A DNA stretch of 64,000 nucleotides from contig CAWDEM010000008.1 in the NCBI GenBank assembly GCA_963801355.1, forward strand, positions 2,656,001-2,720,000. Direction: 5' to 3'. The notes under the pieces are model-generated. The model did no database searches, was not told where the DNA came from, and was given only the letters and a program-made list of their open reading frames with translations. Shown piece after piece: positions 36,412-46,686 of the stretch. Source of the stretch: Ignavibacteriota bacterium (GTDB taxonomy: Bacteria; Bacteroidota; Ignavibacteria; UBA10030; UBA6906). A program made the position numbers and the translations under genes. Positions within the stretch are counted from its first letter, which is position 1. Each line of letters begins with the position of its first letter.

Positions 36412-38811
36412 TTAATCCTTCGCTTCTGTGATCTTTCTCAGTTCGCGCACCCTCTCGTAAAACTCCTGCAGGTTCATCTCCTTGAGAAAGATGAGTCCAC
36501 GCGCGGAGCGCAGGCGTGGGTGGGCATGCTGCTGGAAGAAGTCGTTGCCCAGGCAGGTCTTCATCATGTCGTATTGTCCCACCTGAATTTGCTGTGCCAG
36601 TTCAGAAAACGGACCGTCATATTCGTAGCTCGGGAACGAAGCCGCACTTTGCGAACCGAAGCAATTCATGAAGGCGGTATGCAGCAACGAAAGGGAATTC
36701 AGGGATACCGGCACCATGAGGTCGGCCTCCGATGGACGGAACCGGTACCAAACGTTACGGTACCCCCACACGCGGATCGCACTGTTGCCGCTTTCCTTCT
36801 CGTACATCCGCAGTCCCTCTGCGACCGCCTGGAGGGCCTTGTAATGCGTGTCAGGGCCGCTGCCCTCCGGGTCGAAAGCCACGGAGATGACATTTGGTTT
36901 CACGCGTTTGATGAGCTGGTAGATCGGAATCACATCACGCTCCACCTCAGGCTCTTCGGAGAAGATATCGCCCTGGTAAAAGCCGAGGCGGAGCGCAGAG
37001 ATGGCGGATGCCTCGATGCCAAAGTACGCCCAGAGTAATTCCACCTCCCACTCCCGGATGGTTCCCTTGAACACCTGGACATCCGGCGGGTCTTTCGCGC
37101 CCGGATACTGGGTGACAAAATACTCGTGCAGTTCCTTCACCCGCAGACGCAACACCCTCATGTCGCTGGTATGGTACACCTCGATGAGGTTCCGCAGGAT
37201 GCGGCGTGCTTCACCTTCGTTCTCCTTCTCCGTGCTTTTTCCTGCAATCCCGTCGAGGTAGAGAAAGACGTCTTCCATCCGCTTCGCGCTGCTCTTCGGA
37301 TTGAAATATCCTTCTTTCAGGAGGTGCTGAAAAGACGGTGTCTCGAGGAACGTCTCAAGGTTCTTGACAATCGAAAGACAGAACGGATTCGAGACAGCCG
37401 TAAAGCCGGATGTCAGGTTTGCAAAGTAGTGTTTGTTGGTCGGGTCGCGCACGAGGTGATAGATGTGCGCGAGGTATCCCAGCATGATATCGTCGTGATG
37501 CGGTTCGGTGTGCAGAAACACGGTCCCGGTCACCGGGGCGAGCCCCTTGTCAATCTTTGCCACCATGCGCCGGCGCGCACCGGCAATCAGCTCGGCAGCG
37601 GGCTTTCCTGTCTTCTTCAACAGTGCGCTGCCAAAGCGATCGGCTTCCACATCCTGGCCCGTCAACTTGGTGAGCTGTGTCTTCCGCCCCAGCGAGATCG
37701 GAATGATGACATCATCCACATCAGCGTCGCTCAGCTGATCCTTCTTGCTGAAGTCCACCAGACGGCGCTCGATCAGGTGGCTCGCAGCACCCCTGGTGAG
37801 GTACATGCGTCCACCCTCAAGGTCATGCAGGACGGATGCGGGATATTGCGGACTCTTGTCTTCCTCGACGGCGGAAGCCACGATGGGAGCTTTCGCATCC
37901 CCGGCAGCAATGATGATTGCCGTCGCCGTGGGGTTGTACGTGATCGTCGCCAGGCCGATGGTAATCACGAGGCGGCTTCGTGAGACTTCAATGCCGCCGA
38001 GATCCCCGGCTGCGGCAGCCTGCGTTTCGTAATTCGTACCCGTCAGACGGGTGACGGAGTACACACTGGAGCCGCGGATATTGAAGGCGATGTGCCCGTC
38101 GGGGCCGATGCCCCCCAGGAAAAATCCGATGCCGCCCATCTCCCGGATCTTCCGCTCGTATTCGCTGCAGAATTCATCCACACGGTTGATGGTTTCCCGC
38201 TGACGTCGCTCCAGATCCGTGCGCGTCTGGCGCACCCGCAACGACAGGTCCACGATGTTGTTGGGAAATATGTCGTTCATCGTCATGCCAGGAGGCACAC
38301 CGAGATCGGTGGCATCGATGAGGAGGGCATTCTCCGGCCGCAGGCCGAATCCCCGGATATAAAACTCATTGACGTACCAGTTGAAGCTGTTCAGCTGCGT
38401 CGCATCCATGGGATAGAATTCATCGATCTGCACAAAATGCAGGCTCTCCATGTCCGGACGGCGGCTTCCTTCGATATTGTATGATGCAAGCTGCTGCCGT
38501 ATCTCCGGCGCATCCCATCGTTCGATAATGCGGCCCACCCATTTGATGAAATGCTCAGGCGTCTTGCCCGTCGGCAGAGAAATCACGCCACCGGGGTTCT
38601 TAAGCACCCACTCCACAAACCGGAATGCCGTGAGCTTGCCGAGTAGAGGAAAGTTTTCCACCTCGATGATCTTCATCTTCTCGGTCGGAGGGTACTGGAA
38701 TTGCCGGCCGGTCTTCTGAAGTTCACATGCTTCCACGGATGAAGAGATGTCGTATGTCCTCACGGTCTTCCCTGCCAATGTGCTACTTAGTGTGATTGCC
38801 CTGCTTTCCAC
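36412..38811 (-). CDS. nagB: Glucosamine-6-phosphate deaminase fused to a PIG-L/LmbE-like domain (long-form NagB)
   Basis: SLPTGKTP, QIDEFY, GGIGPDGHIAFN; C-terminal EPHHDD and GPDTHY. Confidence 0.85.
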   Translation of the reverse strand: MESRAITLSSTLAGKTVRTYDISSSVEACELQKTGRQFQYPPTEKMKIIEVENFPLLGKLTAFRFVEWVLKNPGGVISLPTGKTPEHFIKWVGRIIERWDAPEIRQQLASYNIEGSRRPDMESLHFVQIDEFYPMDATQLNSFNWYVNEFYIRGFGLRPENALLIDATDLGVPPGMTMNDIFPNNIVDLSLRVRQTRTDLERRQRETINRVDEFCSEYERKIREMGGIGFFLGGIGPDGHIAFNIRGSSVYSVTRLTGTNYETQAAAAGDLGGIEVSRSRLVITIGLATITYNPTATAIIIAAGDAKAPIVASAVEEDKSPQYPASVLHDLEGGRMYLTRGAASHLIERRLVDFSKKDQLSDADVDDVIIPISLGRKTQLTKLTGQDVEADRFGSALLKKTGKPAAELIAGARRRMVAKIDKGLAPVTGTVFLHTEPHHDDIMLGYLAHIYHLVRDPTNKHYFANLTSGFTAVSNPFCLSIVKNLETFLETPSFQHLLKEGYFNPKSSAKRMEDVFLYLDGIAGKSTEKENEGEARRILRNLIEVYHTSDMRVLRLRVKELHEYFVTQYPGAKDPPDVQVFKGTIREWEVELLWAYFGIEASAISALRLGFYQGDIFSEEPEVERDVIPIYQLIKRVKPNVISVAFDPEGSGPDTHYKALQAVAEGLRMYEKESGNSAIRVWGYRNVWYRFRPSEADLMVPVSLNSLSLLHTAFMNCFGSQSAASFPSYEYDGPFSELAQQIQVGQYDMMKTCLGNDFFQQHAHPRLRSARGLIFLKEMNLQEFYERVRELRKITEAKD

Positions 38812-40517
38812 TCATCGGGCAGTGTTCGCAACCAGTCCCGCATATACCGGCGCGCGACTTCGTCATGCTCCACCGTCGAAGGGCGAGCGTGGAACCGTCC
38901 GGCCGTGACCGCATCAAGTCCGGCCGCGAACTCCGCATGTTCACTCTTGAGATGGTCTGTGTATGCCGCTTCGATAATCCCGCTTCCTGAAGTGAGCCAT
39001 TTCTGGAAATAATCGAAATTCCCGTAGAACGCATCGAAAAGGAACAGATGCGTTATCTGCGCATTCATGCCGCCGCGGTCGACACAAAACGCCACGGGAC
39101 GGTAGCCGCCGCTGTGGGCGGCAAGCACCATCTTGTTGACCTTCGGGACTTTGATGACACCCTCGCGCTGCATTGTCGACAGCACGTCATCCACGAGATG
39201 TTTCAAGCCGTCCACATCCTCCATTTTGCCGCAGAAGGAATCCCGCGCGCGGTAGGGACCCTGGGGGAGCACCAGAAGCGCATTGATGTGCTCGTCCTCA
39301 AGGGCCTGCGGCAGCAGGTATCGCTCCAGCACTCCCATATTGTCGTTCTCATTGCCGTGGAAGTACACCACCATATTCACGCCGTCAGCGCTTTCTTGCA
39401 GACCTTCCGGAACAAAGACGACGATGCTGCTGTCCGCATAGTGCGGAAAGTACGGATAGACTGTGCCGTCCCCTCCGGTAAAACCGTTTGCGCGGGCCGG
39501 ATGTGGGAACGGAGCCGCCGGCGAACGCCAGATTCCCCACTTGCCTCCGGGCATCATGTTCCAGTCCACGTCGGCTGCCTTCACACGACCCGGAGCGTAC
39601 CCTGTCGAACCGGTGAAATGGTTCCAGATCGCGCGGCTCACATGCGCACCGAGAAGTATGCCGGTATTGTTGAGCCCCTCACTATGATCCGGCTGCTTAT
39701 CGATGAAAATACCGATCGCCATGTCCAGCTTGTCCGACAGCACCAATCCGGCGTCGGTCTTTGATTCGTTGACAAACCCGGATTTGTGTGCGACCGCGAA
39801 TGACGCGCATTCGGAGGCAGGAAGCAGACGGGGGATCATGTCATCGTAGAACTGCCCCTTGAGCACGGTGATCATGGCTTCCGATGAGGCTGCATCGATG
39901 AGCTCATTACGGTACATCCGCCCCAGCAGCATGACCATATCCTCCGGGGTCGAGAGGCCGATCCCGTAACGAATACCCTCCGGGGTCCGCTGCTTTGTGT
40001 CCCAGGAATACAGTCTGTTGAGGAGGCGCGTATTCTTGAGTCCGAGACGGACCATCAGGTCGTTCACCACCGCCAGGCGCTCCGCGTGCGCGCTCCCCAT
40101 CCGGTCGAGCACCAGATTGGTGGCCGTATTGTCGCTAAGCGTGATCATCAGATTGACGGCATCCTGCAGGGTAATCGTTGCGCCTTCGCCGAGCCTCTCC
40201 AGAACACCCGATCCGGGCTTCTTATCGGCGGCGGTAAGTGTCACGGTGCTTTTGGGATCCAGCGTGCCATCGCGGACCATCTGATAGTAGGCTACCATGA
40301 CCGGCAGCTTGATAAGGCTTGCTGTCGGGAAGCGTTCTTCAGCATTGTACTGCACAACTTCGCCTGTGCGGAGGTTCTTCGCCATCACACCCAGGTGTCC
40401 GCCGTACTCGCGTTCCAGGCGTTGGAATTCAGCAAGCAGTGCGTTGTGTTCCGGTTGTGCCGTCATCGGTGCGATCATGAGTGTCACAAGGAGGAAAGGA
40501 AGGCAGAGGTTTTTCAT
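38787..40517 (-). CDS. Class A beta-lactamase-like serine hydrolase fused to an alpha/beta-hydrolase-like domain
   Basis: Signal peptide; ASLIK (SxxK), SDN, HKSG; C-terminal YFHG, AHSGG, LFDA and a distal His. Confidence 0.8.
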   Translation of the reverse strand: MKNLCLPFLLVTLMIAPMTAQPEHNALLAEFQRLEREYGGHLGVMAKNLRTGEVVQYNAEERFPTASLIKLPVMVAYYQMVRDGTLDPKSTVTLTAADKKPGSGVLERLGEGATITLQDAVNLMITLSDNTATNLVLDRMGSAHAERLAVVNDLMVRLGLKNTRLLNRLYSWDTKQRTPEGIRYGIGLSTPEDMVMLLGRMYRNELIDAASSEAMITVLKGQFYDDMIPRLLPASECASFAVAHKSGFVNESKTDAGLVLSDKLDMAIGIFIDKQPDHSEGLNNTGILLGAHVSRAIWNHFTGSTGYAPGRVKAADVDWNMMPGGKWGIWRSPAAPFPHPARANGFTGGDGTVYPYFPHYADSSIVVFVPEGLQESADGVNMVVYFHGNENDNMGVLERYLLPQALEDEHINALLVLPQGPYRARDSFCGKMEDVDGLKHLVDDVLSTMQREGVIKVPKVNKMVLAAHSGGYRPVAFCVDRGGMNAQITHLFLFDAFYGNFDYFQKWLTSGSGIIEAAYTDHLKSEHAEFAAGLDAVTAGRFHARPSTVEHDEVARRYMRDWLRTLPDEWKAGQSH

Positions 40518-40538
40518 ATTCGTTGTGATCCCTGCACC

Positions 40539-41690
40539 CTAGACTTTGACGAACCATTTCATTTTCCACATGAACCAGACGACAACAAACATCACCACAA
40601 TGAAGCAGATGGCATACAGTAACGATGCGTTCAACGGGCTTGCGAACGGGACAAAGAAATGTGTGTAGATATGTCGTTGCAGCGAGATCAATGTTCCGTC
40701 ATCCTGGGCGACCTTGATCAACCCCATTGTGCGGCCCAGAACGCCGGCCAGCACGAACACGGTAATGGCGTTCATGCCATAAATATTGAACGGCAGCGCC
40801 CATTTCTTGTAGCCCTTCACATCGATGAGCCAGTAGAACATAGCGAAAATCACGGACGCCCATCCGGCCATGAAGATGGTATAGCTGGGGGTCCAGAGGT
40901 TTTTGTTGATCGGAAGCCACATATCGAGAATCGCACCAAGGAGCAGGAGAAACTCACCGATGACGAACATCCAGACCGTTTTCTCTTCGACGCTCCGTTT
41001 TGTCCGCAGCCAATGTCCCATCATCACACCAAGGAGCGTAGTAGCGATCGCCGGGATGGTGCTGACAATGCCTTCCGGATCGAAGCCCATGACCGGCGCT
41101 CCGCGCCATGTGTGACCAGCGAGGACGGTGGAGTCCACCCACCAGCAGAGACTTCCTTCCGGTCGCAGCACGCCGGCACCGAAGCCGGGGACGGGGATCA
41201 TTGTTACCATAAGCCAGTATGCTGCCAGCAGTCCGACGATCCACGCGATCTGCGCCCGCCACGACGTCCAGAGGAATATCGCGCTGGCGATCAGGTAGCA
41301 AATGGCGATACGCTGCAGAACTCCCGGGATGCGGATATTCGCGAAAGAAAACTGGTGCCCGAACAGCAACCCGAACGGAAATCCCGCCAGGAACAGGCCG
41401 AGCCCGAAGATGATCACGGCACGGCGGAACACATGGAGCAGCAGCTGGCGTTTGTTTGCCCCCTGTTCCACGCGTTTGGCAAACGAGAGCGTCATCGCAA
41501 CGCCGACAATCCAGAGGAAAAACGGAAAAATGAAATCCGTAAACGTCCATCCGTCCCACGCCGCGTGCCGGAGTTGCGGATAGATGTCGCTCCATGTGCC
41601 GGGATTGTTGACCATGATCATGCCGGCAATCGTTGCGCCCCGGAAGGCGTCGAGCGACAGGAGCCGCTGTTGACCTGCTGGTGAGCTCAT
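40539..41690 (-). CDS. HGSNAT/NagX-like membrane acyltransferase (DUF5009)
   Basis: SLDAFRG, MVNNPG, HAAWDG, DFIFPFFL, GVLQRIA, DPEG, PINKNLWTPSY. Confidence 0.9.
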   Translation of the reverse strand: MSSPAGQQRLLSLDAFRGATIAGMIMVNNPGTWSDIYPQLRHAAWDGWTFTDFIFPFFLWIVGVAMTLSFAKRVEQGANKRQLLLHVFRRAVIIFGLGLFLAGFPFGLLFGHQFSFANIRIPGVLQRIAICYLIASAIFLWTSWRAQIAWIVGLLAAYWLMVTMIPVPGFGAGVLRPEGSLCWWVDSTVLAGHTWRGAPVMGFDPEGIVSTIPAIATTLLGVMMGHWLRTKRSVEEKTVWMFVIGEFLLLLGAILDMWLPINKNLWTPSYTIFMAGWASVIFAMFYWLIDVKGYKKWALPFNIYGMNAITVFVLAGVLGRTMGLIKVAQDDGTLISLQRHIYTHFFVPFASPLNASLLYAICFIVVMFVVVWFMWKMKWFVKV

Positions 41691-41736
41691 TGAAGTATTC
41701 CTTTGGTTCCCCGCGCCCCCGCGCGATGGTAGAGGG

Positions 41737-42861
41737 TTAACGTTTGGTCACGCCGATCCCCGGTCTGTCGGGGAGCGTGAGTTTCCCATCGACGATGGTT
41801 GCACCGTCGAACAGATCGTTCTTGATAAGCACCGCACCGTCGAGGTCCGCCCAATCCACAAGCGGTGACAGCTGCGTTGCCGCGGAGATTGCGCATGAGG
41901 TTTCGGTCATGCACCCGAGCATCACTTTCATGCCGAGGGACCGTGCCAGCACGATCATCTTGTATGCCTCGCGCATTCCTGTACACTTCATCAGTTTGAT
42001 ATTGATGCCGTCAAAGACACCCTGCGCTTTCTTCACGTCGGCGAGGCGTTGCACGCTCTCGTCACCGATCAGAGGGAGTGGGCTGCGTTCCCGCAGCCAT
42101 GCGATATCGTCCACCTGTTCCTTGGGCATGGGCTGTTCCACAAAGACGACCCCTTTCGTCGCCAGCCACTCGATCATCTTCAGTGCTTCGTCACGGTTCT
42201 TCCATCCCTGGTTGGCGTCGGTGGTGATCGGCGTATCGGTGATCTCCCTGATCGTTTCAATCATCATCTTGTCCGTATCGCGGCCGAGTTTCACCTTGAG
42301 GATCTTGTAGATGCTCGCTTCTTTTGTTTTTTGCCGCACGACATCCGCCGTGTCGATGCCGATAGTGAACGACGTTACGGGGGTCTTCGCCGGATTAAGC
42401 CCCCAGATGCGGTACCACGGGGCTCCCAGTTTCTTGCCTGCCCAATCATGGAGCGCGATGTCCACCGCGGCTTTCGCCGCCGGATTGCCCGGAGCAATCG
42501 CATCTATCGCAGGGAGAATCTCTTCGAATTGAAACGGATCGGGGAATTTCGCCAGGTCCACCTTGCCGAGGAAAGCGGCGGCCGACTCCTGGCTCTCGCC
42601 GAGATAGGGCGGCATGGAGGCCTCACCGTAGCCGGTAATGCCGTCCTTTTCCACCTCCACCATCATGTCGGGAGTGGTCGTGCGCGAGCTTGTGGCAATG
42701 GTGAATGTATGCTTGAGCTCGAGCGTATAGGGGTAGAAACGCAGTTTCATATCATTCACCGTAAAGTGGACTGGAGTGGAGAACATTCTGCGCGGCACGA
42801 GACCTGCTGCGACGCCCGCCAGTACCGCGTGTTGCAGGAAGGAACGTCTATCGATGCTCAT
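41737..42861 (-). CDS. L-Ala-D/L-Glu dipeptide epimerase (enolase superfamily) with Tat signal
   Basis: KVKLG, DANQGW, EQP, DES, NIKLMKCTG, GCMTE, DLDG; N-terminal DRRSFL. Confidence 0.9.
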   Translation of the reverse strand: MSIDRRSFLQHAVLAGVAAGLVPRRMFSTPVHFTVNDMKLRFYPYTLELKHTFTIATSSRTTTPDMMVEVEKDGITGYGEASMPPYLGESQESAAAFLGKVDLAKFPDPFQFEEILPAIDAIAPGNPAAKAAVDIALHDWAGKKLGAPWYRIWGLNPAKTPVTSFTIGIDTADVVRQKTKEASIYKILKVKLGRDTDKMMIETIREITDTPITTDANQGWKNRDEALKMIEWLATKGVVFVEQPMPKEQVDDIAWLRERSPLPLIGDESVQRLADVKKAQGVFDGINIKLMKCTGMREAYKMIVLARSLGMKVMLGCMTETSCAISAATQLSPLVDWADLDGAVLIKNDLFDGATIVDGKLTLPDRPGIGVTKR

Positions 42862-44117
42862 GGTGTACCGGTGTAGTAGGGAATATGCGTGAGGAGACGG
42901 ATTCCTGAACTTTCCGGGGCACCGATGATGCGCCGGGCCCCGAGGAACGACCGTTGACGCCCTTCGCTAAAATCCGGATCTGCGGGGTCGAGACTGTTGT
43001 ACCGCACCTGGCCGGCGGCATGAATGAATCGCTTCCCACCCGTGGAGATCGCCACATGGGTAACGCGTTCCTTGTGGTCACCCTTCGCCCTGGCTCCGAA
43101 GAAGAGCAGATCCCCCGGCTTGAGATTGATGCCGCCGGCAGTGTCCACAGGTACGCCCACGAGCGCCTGCTGGCTTGCGTCGCGGGGCAGTTGGACACCG
43201 TTCAGGAAGTAGACCGTCTTCGTGAATCCCGAACAATCCAGCGCCTTGGCCGACGTTCCCCCCCAGAAATACGGGATGCCATGGAAGCGTCGAGCCGTCT
43301 CTACAATCGATTTTCGTGTCGCCTTCGCCCTGGCGAGATAAGACTTGAGAAGGGCGGCATCTTTCTTCCTGATGAACCCCGTGCGGCCATCCGGATATTC
43401 CACTTCAAAGTACGTCCCTGCACTTCTCTTCAACACCAGAATGGATCCGGCAACGGCGTCCGTCACCTGGAGACTGGCAGATTTTCGGGAGTTCCGGACG
43501 GACGAGACTTCAGCGGTGACAATAATCTTCGGGCGCGCAACCCATGATGCATATGCATCAGGTGTCATCACTTCGATGTCGTCGTCGGACCAGCCGAGAT
43601 AGTCGTCAGGAGTCTGGATATACATCCAACCGTGCCTCTTTTTCAGAATCCTGACCGGCGTGCCCAGGGGTGCCTGCGTGCCCATCTCTGCGGCGTGATC
43701 GGGTTTGGTGCGGATATTGGCCACACTGAGGCTGACCACGCCGCGAGTCTTTTCGCCAAGGGACGCCTGAGGCAGCGCTACGAGGCTGTCCGCCATAACC
43801 TTCACCCCCCGTTCTTTGAACATGCCCAGTAGTGTCTGTTTCATCTCGGCATTCTGGACTTCCCCCTTCAGGACGACGGCATCCCCCAGCATTTCGCCCA
43901 CGACGTCAAACACCGCTGTCCGCCGGTCCGGCGCAAGCTTTTCTTTCGCTTTCGTAAGCAGATCGCTCATCATCGTGGTCCCCTCTGTCTGTGCTGTGGC
44001 TGCGGTGAGGCCAAAGAGCATGACCACCACCACGCCTCCGATTGTCCGGAATGCCTTCATGACGAGATGCATCGAAACTCCGTCCTTGTGGTGTACGACC
44101 TTAATCCCCGGCTTCAT
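42858..44117 (-). CDS. NlpC/P60 gamma-D-Glu-mDAP peptidase (YkfC-like, SH3b domains)
   Basis: PYFWGG, DCSGF, LPRDASQQ, GDLLFF, HVAI, FIHA. Start uncertain. Confidence 0.92.
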   Translation of the reverse strand: MKPGIKVVHHKDGVSMHLVMKAFRTIGGVVVVMLFGLTAATAQTEGTTMMSDLLTKAKEKLAPDRRTAVFDVVGEMLGDAVVLKGEVQNAEMKQTLLGMFKERGVKVMADSLVALPQASLGEKTRGVVSLSVANIRTKPDHAAEMGTQAPLGTPVRILKKRHGWMYIQTPDDYLGWSDDDIEVMTPDAYASWVARPKIIVTAEVSSVRNSRKSASLQVTDAVAGSILVLKRSAGTYFEVEYPDGRTGFIRKKDAALLKSYLARAKATRKSIVETARRFHGIPYFWGGTSAKALDCSGFTKTVYFLNGVQLPRDASQQALVGVPVDTAGGINLKPGDLLFFGARAKGDHKERVTHVAISTGGKRFIHAAGQVRYNSLDPADPDFSEGRQRSFLGARRIIGAPESSGIRLLTHIPYYTGTP

Positions 44118-44159
44118 CTCGATCCTCCAGGCACACGTCGTCCGTAATGCGGCGACATG

Positions 44160-46520
44160 TTACTTCATCAACAGCATGCGCTTGGTCGCCACGAACTCCC
44201 CTGCCGTCATTCTGTAAAAATATGCGCCGGTGGTCAGGTGCGATGCATCAAAGCGCACGGTGTAGCTACCCGCTTCCATCCGCCCGTCGACCAGTACCGC
44301 GACCTCCCGCCCCAGAAGATCATAGAGAACAATTCTTACATCACCGGACACCGGCACCTGGAAATTGATGACAGTTGCCGGATTGAACGGATTGGGATAA
44401 TTCTGCGACAGGGTGTATGCAGCAGGCACTTCGGTGTCATGTTCAACCGCACTCACCTGCACCGTCCTGAAACGGAAGTAAGCCGTCCAGTCAGTTTCTC
44501 CGGTCGCATTCTTCGCCTTGACGCGCCAGAAATAGATCTTGTAGTATTCCAGCTGCGGCACGACAATGCTCGTGTCGACAATTCCGGCAGAATCAAACAC
44601 CGCGGGCGTGAATGTCGCATTCAGCGAAAGCTGTAACCGGTACGAGGATGCCGCCTGCGTCTTACTCCAGAGGAACGGTAGAACCACGGGCCGATCCACA
44701 CTGACGTTTGGCGGAGAGACAAGCGTTGCGAGAGCCGGCACGCCTGAGACAAACGAGAATGTTGCCGAAAAGGCCGAAGCTCCGGAGGCGTTGCGCGCGC
44801 GGACCCGCCAATACGTGGGTATCTGTCCGGCATACCCTTTGACCACCTTCACGGTATCCGTCAGCGTCGAATCGTTCGTGATGATCCCCGTCGCAAACGT
44901 CGAATCGGCGGCGACCTGTATGTGGTACGATGACGCTTGATTCACCCGGTGCCATGCGACCAGCACGCTTTCCGGGACACCTGTGGTGCCGGAAAGCGGT
45001 GAGGCCAACACAGGAGCGGGTGGCGGGCTGATTTGCAGCACGGTGCTTGGTTCGCCCTCGTTCCAGTTGCGATCCAGTGCGGTGATCACATAGGAATAAC
45101 TCACGCTCACAGGCGGCATTGGCGGCGCATAGACCCTTTGCCCCACGACCGCAAGCAGGTTCTGCGATTCCGCCAGCTCGGCCGGCATCATTGGCGAGTG
45201 GTCAAACCGGTATATTGCGTAGCGCCATGCAGTATCACCGTCAGCCGCGGTTATGGGAACTTCCCACGTGATTGCGGCCGTACCTCCGGCACCGACGTTG
45301 GCATACTGGATTCCCCGAGGTGGATTCGGGCGGAGGGTGTCTTTCCACAGAAATGTGGGCACAAGGGCAGGATAGCGGTAGATATCCTTCGTCAGCGTAT
45401 CCCCGATACCGCCAAGATTGTTCGTGAGATTGTTTGCCGTAAACGGAACATTTCCCTGGGCATTTCCGGCATTGCGATAGAAACGGATCTGGTTGGCCAC
45501 TTCACCGGCGCCACCGAAATCACTCTGGCCGATCCTGTATGCAGCGAGGGAAGGACAGTAGATTCGTCCGTTTACCTGGGTTGCCCACCATGGTTCAAGA
45601 AGCGAATACGACGCTGCCGGATACCCGATCCTCCAATAAATCTGCGGAGCGAAGTAGTCGATATATGCGCCCTGAAGCCAGGCAACCGCATCGCAATAGA
45701 TTGCATTGTAGACATCCCAACCGCGGGTGCCTGGGGGGACACCATACTTCCAGATGCCAGCCGGGCCCATGCCGAACTTCACCCATGGCTTGATCGTATT
45801 GACGCTGTCATAGATTCCGCGAATGAGGAGGTTCACGTTGTTGCGGCGCCAGTCACCCAGATTTGTGAAGCCCCGGGGTTCGGCAGCAAACGTTGCGGCG
45901 TCCTCTGTTGTGATGCCCTCCAGGTAGAAATAGTCGTCCATGACAACGCCGTCGATGTCATACCTGCGCACCATATCCGAAATGACACTCAGCACGTAGG
46001 AACGCGCAGCGGATTTCCCTGGATCAACAATAGTGTTGGAGCCGATGGTGATCAGCCAATCGGGGTGGGTATTGGTGATATGGTTTGCAGCTTTTGTGTA
46101 GGTGCTTCCGCTGCGGACCGCACGATACGGATTGACCCATGTATGCAGCTCCATCCCCCGTTTGTGTGCCTCTGTCACTGCAAACTCCAGCGGATCATAC
46201 AATGGACTCGGCGGCGTGCCCTGCTTTCCAGTCAGCCAATATGACCATGGCTCAATGGACGATTGATACAACGCGTCGGATTCAGGCCTGATCTGCAGAA
46301 ACACAACATTTATGCCGACGGCTTTTAGTTTGTCCAGAAAAGCAGTGAGCTCGTTCTTTTGTGACAGTACCGGCAAGCCGGGCGCTGAGGGCCAATCGCC
46401 ATTCCCGACTGTAGTGAGCCACACGCCACGGAATTCGCGTTTGGGAGGCGTTTGTGACACACCGTGCTGCACACACGAGCAGAGCAACAGGACCACAACG
46501 CAACGGTTCAACATCTTCAT
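44160..46520 (-). CDS. GHL10/DUF187 (YddW/DigH-like) glycoside hydrolase with Fn3-like domains and T9SS CTD
   Basis: EFRGVWLTTV, DALYQSSIEPWS, AHKRGMELHTWVNPYR, DGVVMDDYFY, DYFAPQIYW; CTD NYPNPFNPAT. Confidence 0.9.
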   Translation of the reverse strand: MKMLNRCVVVLLLCSCVQHGVSQTPPKREFRGVWLTTVGNGDWPSAPGLPVLSQKNELTAFLDKLKAVGINVVFLQIRPESDALYQSSIEPWSYWLTGKQGTPPSPLYDPLEFAVTEAHKRGMELHTWVNPYRAVRSGSTYTKAANHITNTHPDWLITIGSNTIVDPGKSAARSYVLSVISDMVRRYDIDGVVMDDYFYLEGITTEDAATFAAEPRGFTNLGDWRRNNVNLLIRGIYDSVNTIKPWVKFGMGPAGIWKYGVPPGTRGWDVYNAIYCDAVAWLQGAYIDYFAPQIYWRIGYPAASYSLLEPWWATQVNGRIYCPSLAAYRIGQSDFGGAGEVANQIRFYRNAGNAQGNVPFTANNLTNNLGGIGDTLTKDIYRYPALVPTFLWKDTLRPNPPRGIQYANVGAGGTAAITWEVPITAADGDTAWRYAIYRFDHSPMMPAELAESQNLLAVVGQRVYAPPMPPVSVSYSYVITALDRNWNEGEPSTVLQISPPPAPVLASPLSGTTGVPESVLVAWHRVNQASSYHIQVAADSTFATGIITNDSTLTDTVKVVKGYAGQIPTYWRVRARNASGASAFSATFSFVSGVPALATLVSPPNVSVDRPVVLPFLWSKTQAASSYRLQLSLNATFTPAVFDSAGIVDTSIVVPQLEYYKIYFWRVKAKNATGETDWTAYFRFRTVQVSAVEHDTEVPAAYTLSQNYPNPFNPATVINFQVPVSGDVRIVLYDLLGREVAVLVDGRMEAGSYTVRFDASHLTTGAYFYRMTAGEFVATKRMLLMK

Positions 46521-46604
46521 GGCGCTATCCCCTTTTCCCCCTGACGTACGGTATGATCGTTGAAGAACACTACGGAATATAAGTGTATCCGTGCTCAATT
46601 ACGA

Positions 46605-46638
46605 CAGAGGCATCCGACTGTCGGGTCGGATGCCTCTG
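46605..46638. terminator. Strong intergenic hairpin (terminator or mRNA-stabilising stem)
   Basis: CAGAGGCATCCGAC-6 nt-GTCGGATGCCTCTG is a perfect 14-bp stem; weak U-tract. Confidence 0.6.
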
Positions 46639-46686
46639 CCTGGTACATCACACACGGCATAACAGCCCCGTGCGTGAGACTTCATA

